A stretch of 64,000 nt of DNA from assembly GCA_018394315.1 (NCBI GenBank), contig CP074575.1, forward strand, positions 1,458,615 through 1,522,614, in the 5' to 3' direction. Made by a program: the position numbers and the translations under genes. Positions 63,146 to 64,000 of this stretch are shown piece by piece. Within the stretch, counting starts at the first letter, position 1; each line of letters opens with the position of its first letter. The notes beneath the pieces are model-generated. The model was given only the letters and a program-made list of their open reading frames with translations, searched no databases and had not been told where the DNA came from. Source of the stretch: Mycoplasmatota bacterium (GTDB lineage Bacteria; Bacillota_I; Bacilli_A; MAG-NZ).

Positions 63146-64000
63146 TTGTATTCGCTCAGGATGTTAACCATTTTTGATACTGTTAATCAATGGTTATTCT
63201 TATTACTGTTTATTTTGTTAATGCTTTCAGCTTATTTTTCGTCTGCTGAGACTGCATTCTCTAGTTGTAATATTATTAGACTAAAGAATTATGTTGAGGA
63301 AGGTAAAAAAGGTGCTAAGAAAGCTCTTTATGTTGCAGAAAGATTTGAAAAAACTTTATCAACAATATTAGTTGGTAATAATGTTGTTAATATTGCTTTA
63401 ACAACGATATCAGCGACAATTTTATTAGATCTCATCACAAATACAACTACTGCTAACATAATTAATACATTAGGGGTAACATTCCTTATCTTAATATTTG
63501 GAGAAATTATTCCTAAATCTCTAGCAAAAGAAAGTGCAGAAAATTTGGCATTACGTTATGGAGCATCGATGTATTTTCTAAATATTATTATGACTCCGTT
63601 TGTTATGATATTTATGCCAATAAAGAGACTAATTAGTAAACTATATTCAATTGAAAGAAGACCATCATTTACTGACGATGAACTTGAGACTTTAATCGAC
63701 ACTATGGAAGAAGAAGGTACTATTGAAGAGGATAGTGCTGAAATGATGCAAGGAGTACTTGACTTAAAAGACAAAAATATATATGATATTATGACACCAA
63801 GGGTTGACGTTGTTATGGTAAATGTAAATGATGATATAAAGATACTAAAAGAGTTATTTATTAATTACCAATTCAGTAGAATCCCTGTGTTCGAAGATGA
63901 TAAAGATGATGTAATTGGTAAAGTACACTTTAAAGATTATATGATTGCACTGTTTAACGGGAGTGAAATTAGTATTAGAGAATTGATGAGTGAAATTCAT
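63146..64000 (+). CDS. CNNM/CBS (CorC/HlyC) membrane protein, truncated by the window end
   Basis: FSSAETAF, ILVGNNVVN, FGEIIPKS, IMTPRVD, FSRIPV. Confidence 0.9.
   Translation, partial: MYSLRMLTIFDTVNQWLFLLLFILLMLSAYFSSAETAFSSCNIIRLKNYVEEGKKGAKKALYVAERFEKTLSTILVGNNVVNIALTTISATILLDLITNTTTANIINTLGVTFLILIFGEIIPKSLAKESAENLALRYGASMYFLNIIMTPFVMIFMPIKRLISKLYSIERRPSFTDDELETLIDTMEEEGTIEEDSAEMMQGVLDLKDKNIYDIMTPRVDVVMVNVNDDIKILKELFINYQFSRIPVFEDDKDDVIGKVHFKDYMIALFNGSEISIRELMSEIH

Noticed and set aside
974..63774. Short antisense or alternate-frame ORFs in the track (e.g. 974, 2443, 2986, 7302, 10369, 18803, 25452, 28148, 59592, 63556)
   Set aside because: They overlap well-supported genes and show no recognisable motifs; shadow ORFs

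Overview
AT-rich, genetic-code-11 bacterial chromosome. Gene order is Bacillus-like but reduced, and sporulation-type genes are kept, so I infer a Bacilli/Mollicutes-related lineage such as Haloplasmatales or Izemoplasmatales. About 21.4-64 kb is core genome: lpdA, copA, tig-clpX-lon-engB, spoVID/ysxE-like genes, T-box-valS, an EF-G paralogue, a spermidine operon, an SDR plus serine-palmitoyltransferase-like pair, folC, radC, spoIVFA/B-like genes, rplU-prp-rpmA, obg, coaX, mutSL, miaA and efp. Bases 1-21.2 kb are an accessory island at the 3' end of tRNA-Arg(TCT). It has a satellite-like core (tyrosine integrase, XRE repressor, long structured leader, DNA methyltransferase, Rep, HTH). Next to the core is an integron-like array of 11 gene cassettes separated by 12 copies of a ~125-bp module. 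The typical module is a tRNA T-arm att core, a conserved arm, a palindrome plus extended -10 shared with the integrase promoter, and a covarying terminator. Distal cassettes mostly encode lipoproteins, including a serpin; six minus-strand cassette promoters carry a Spo0A-box-like heptamer at fixed spacing. Proximal cassettes are defence-like: GIY-YIG, HEPN, and DUF3800 with three tandem sRNA-like repeats. All calls come from reading the sequence by eye; no searches were run.
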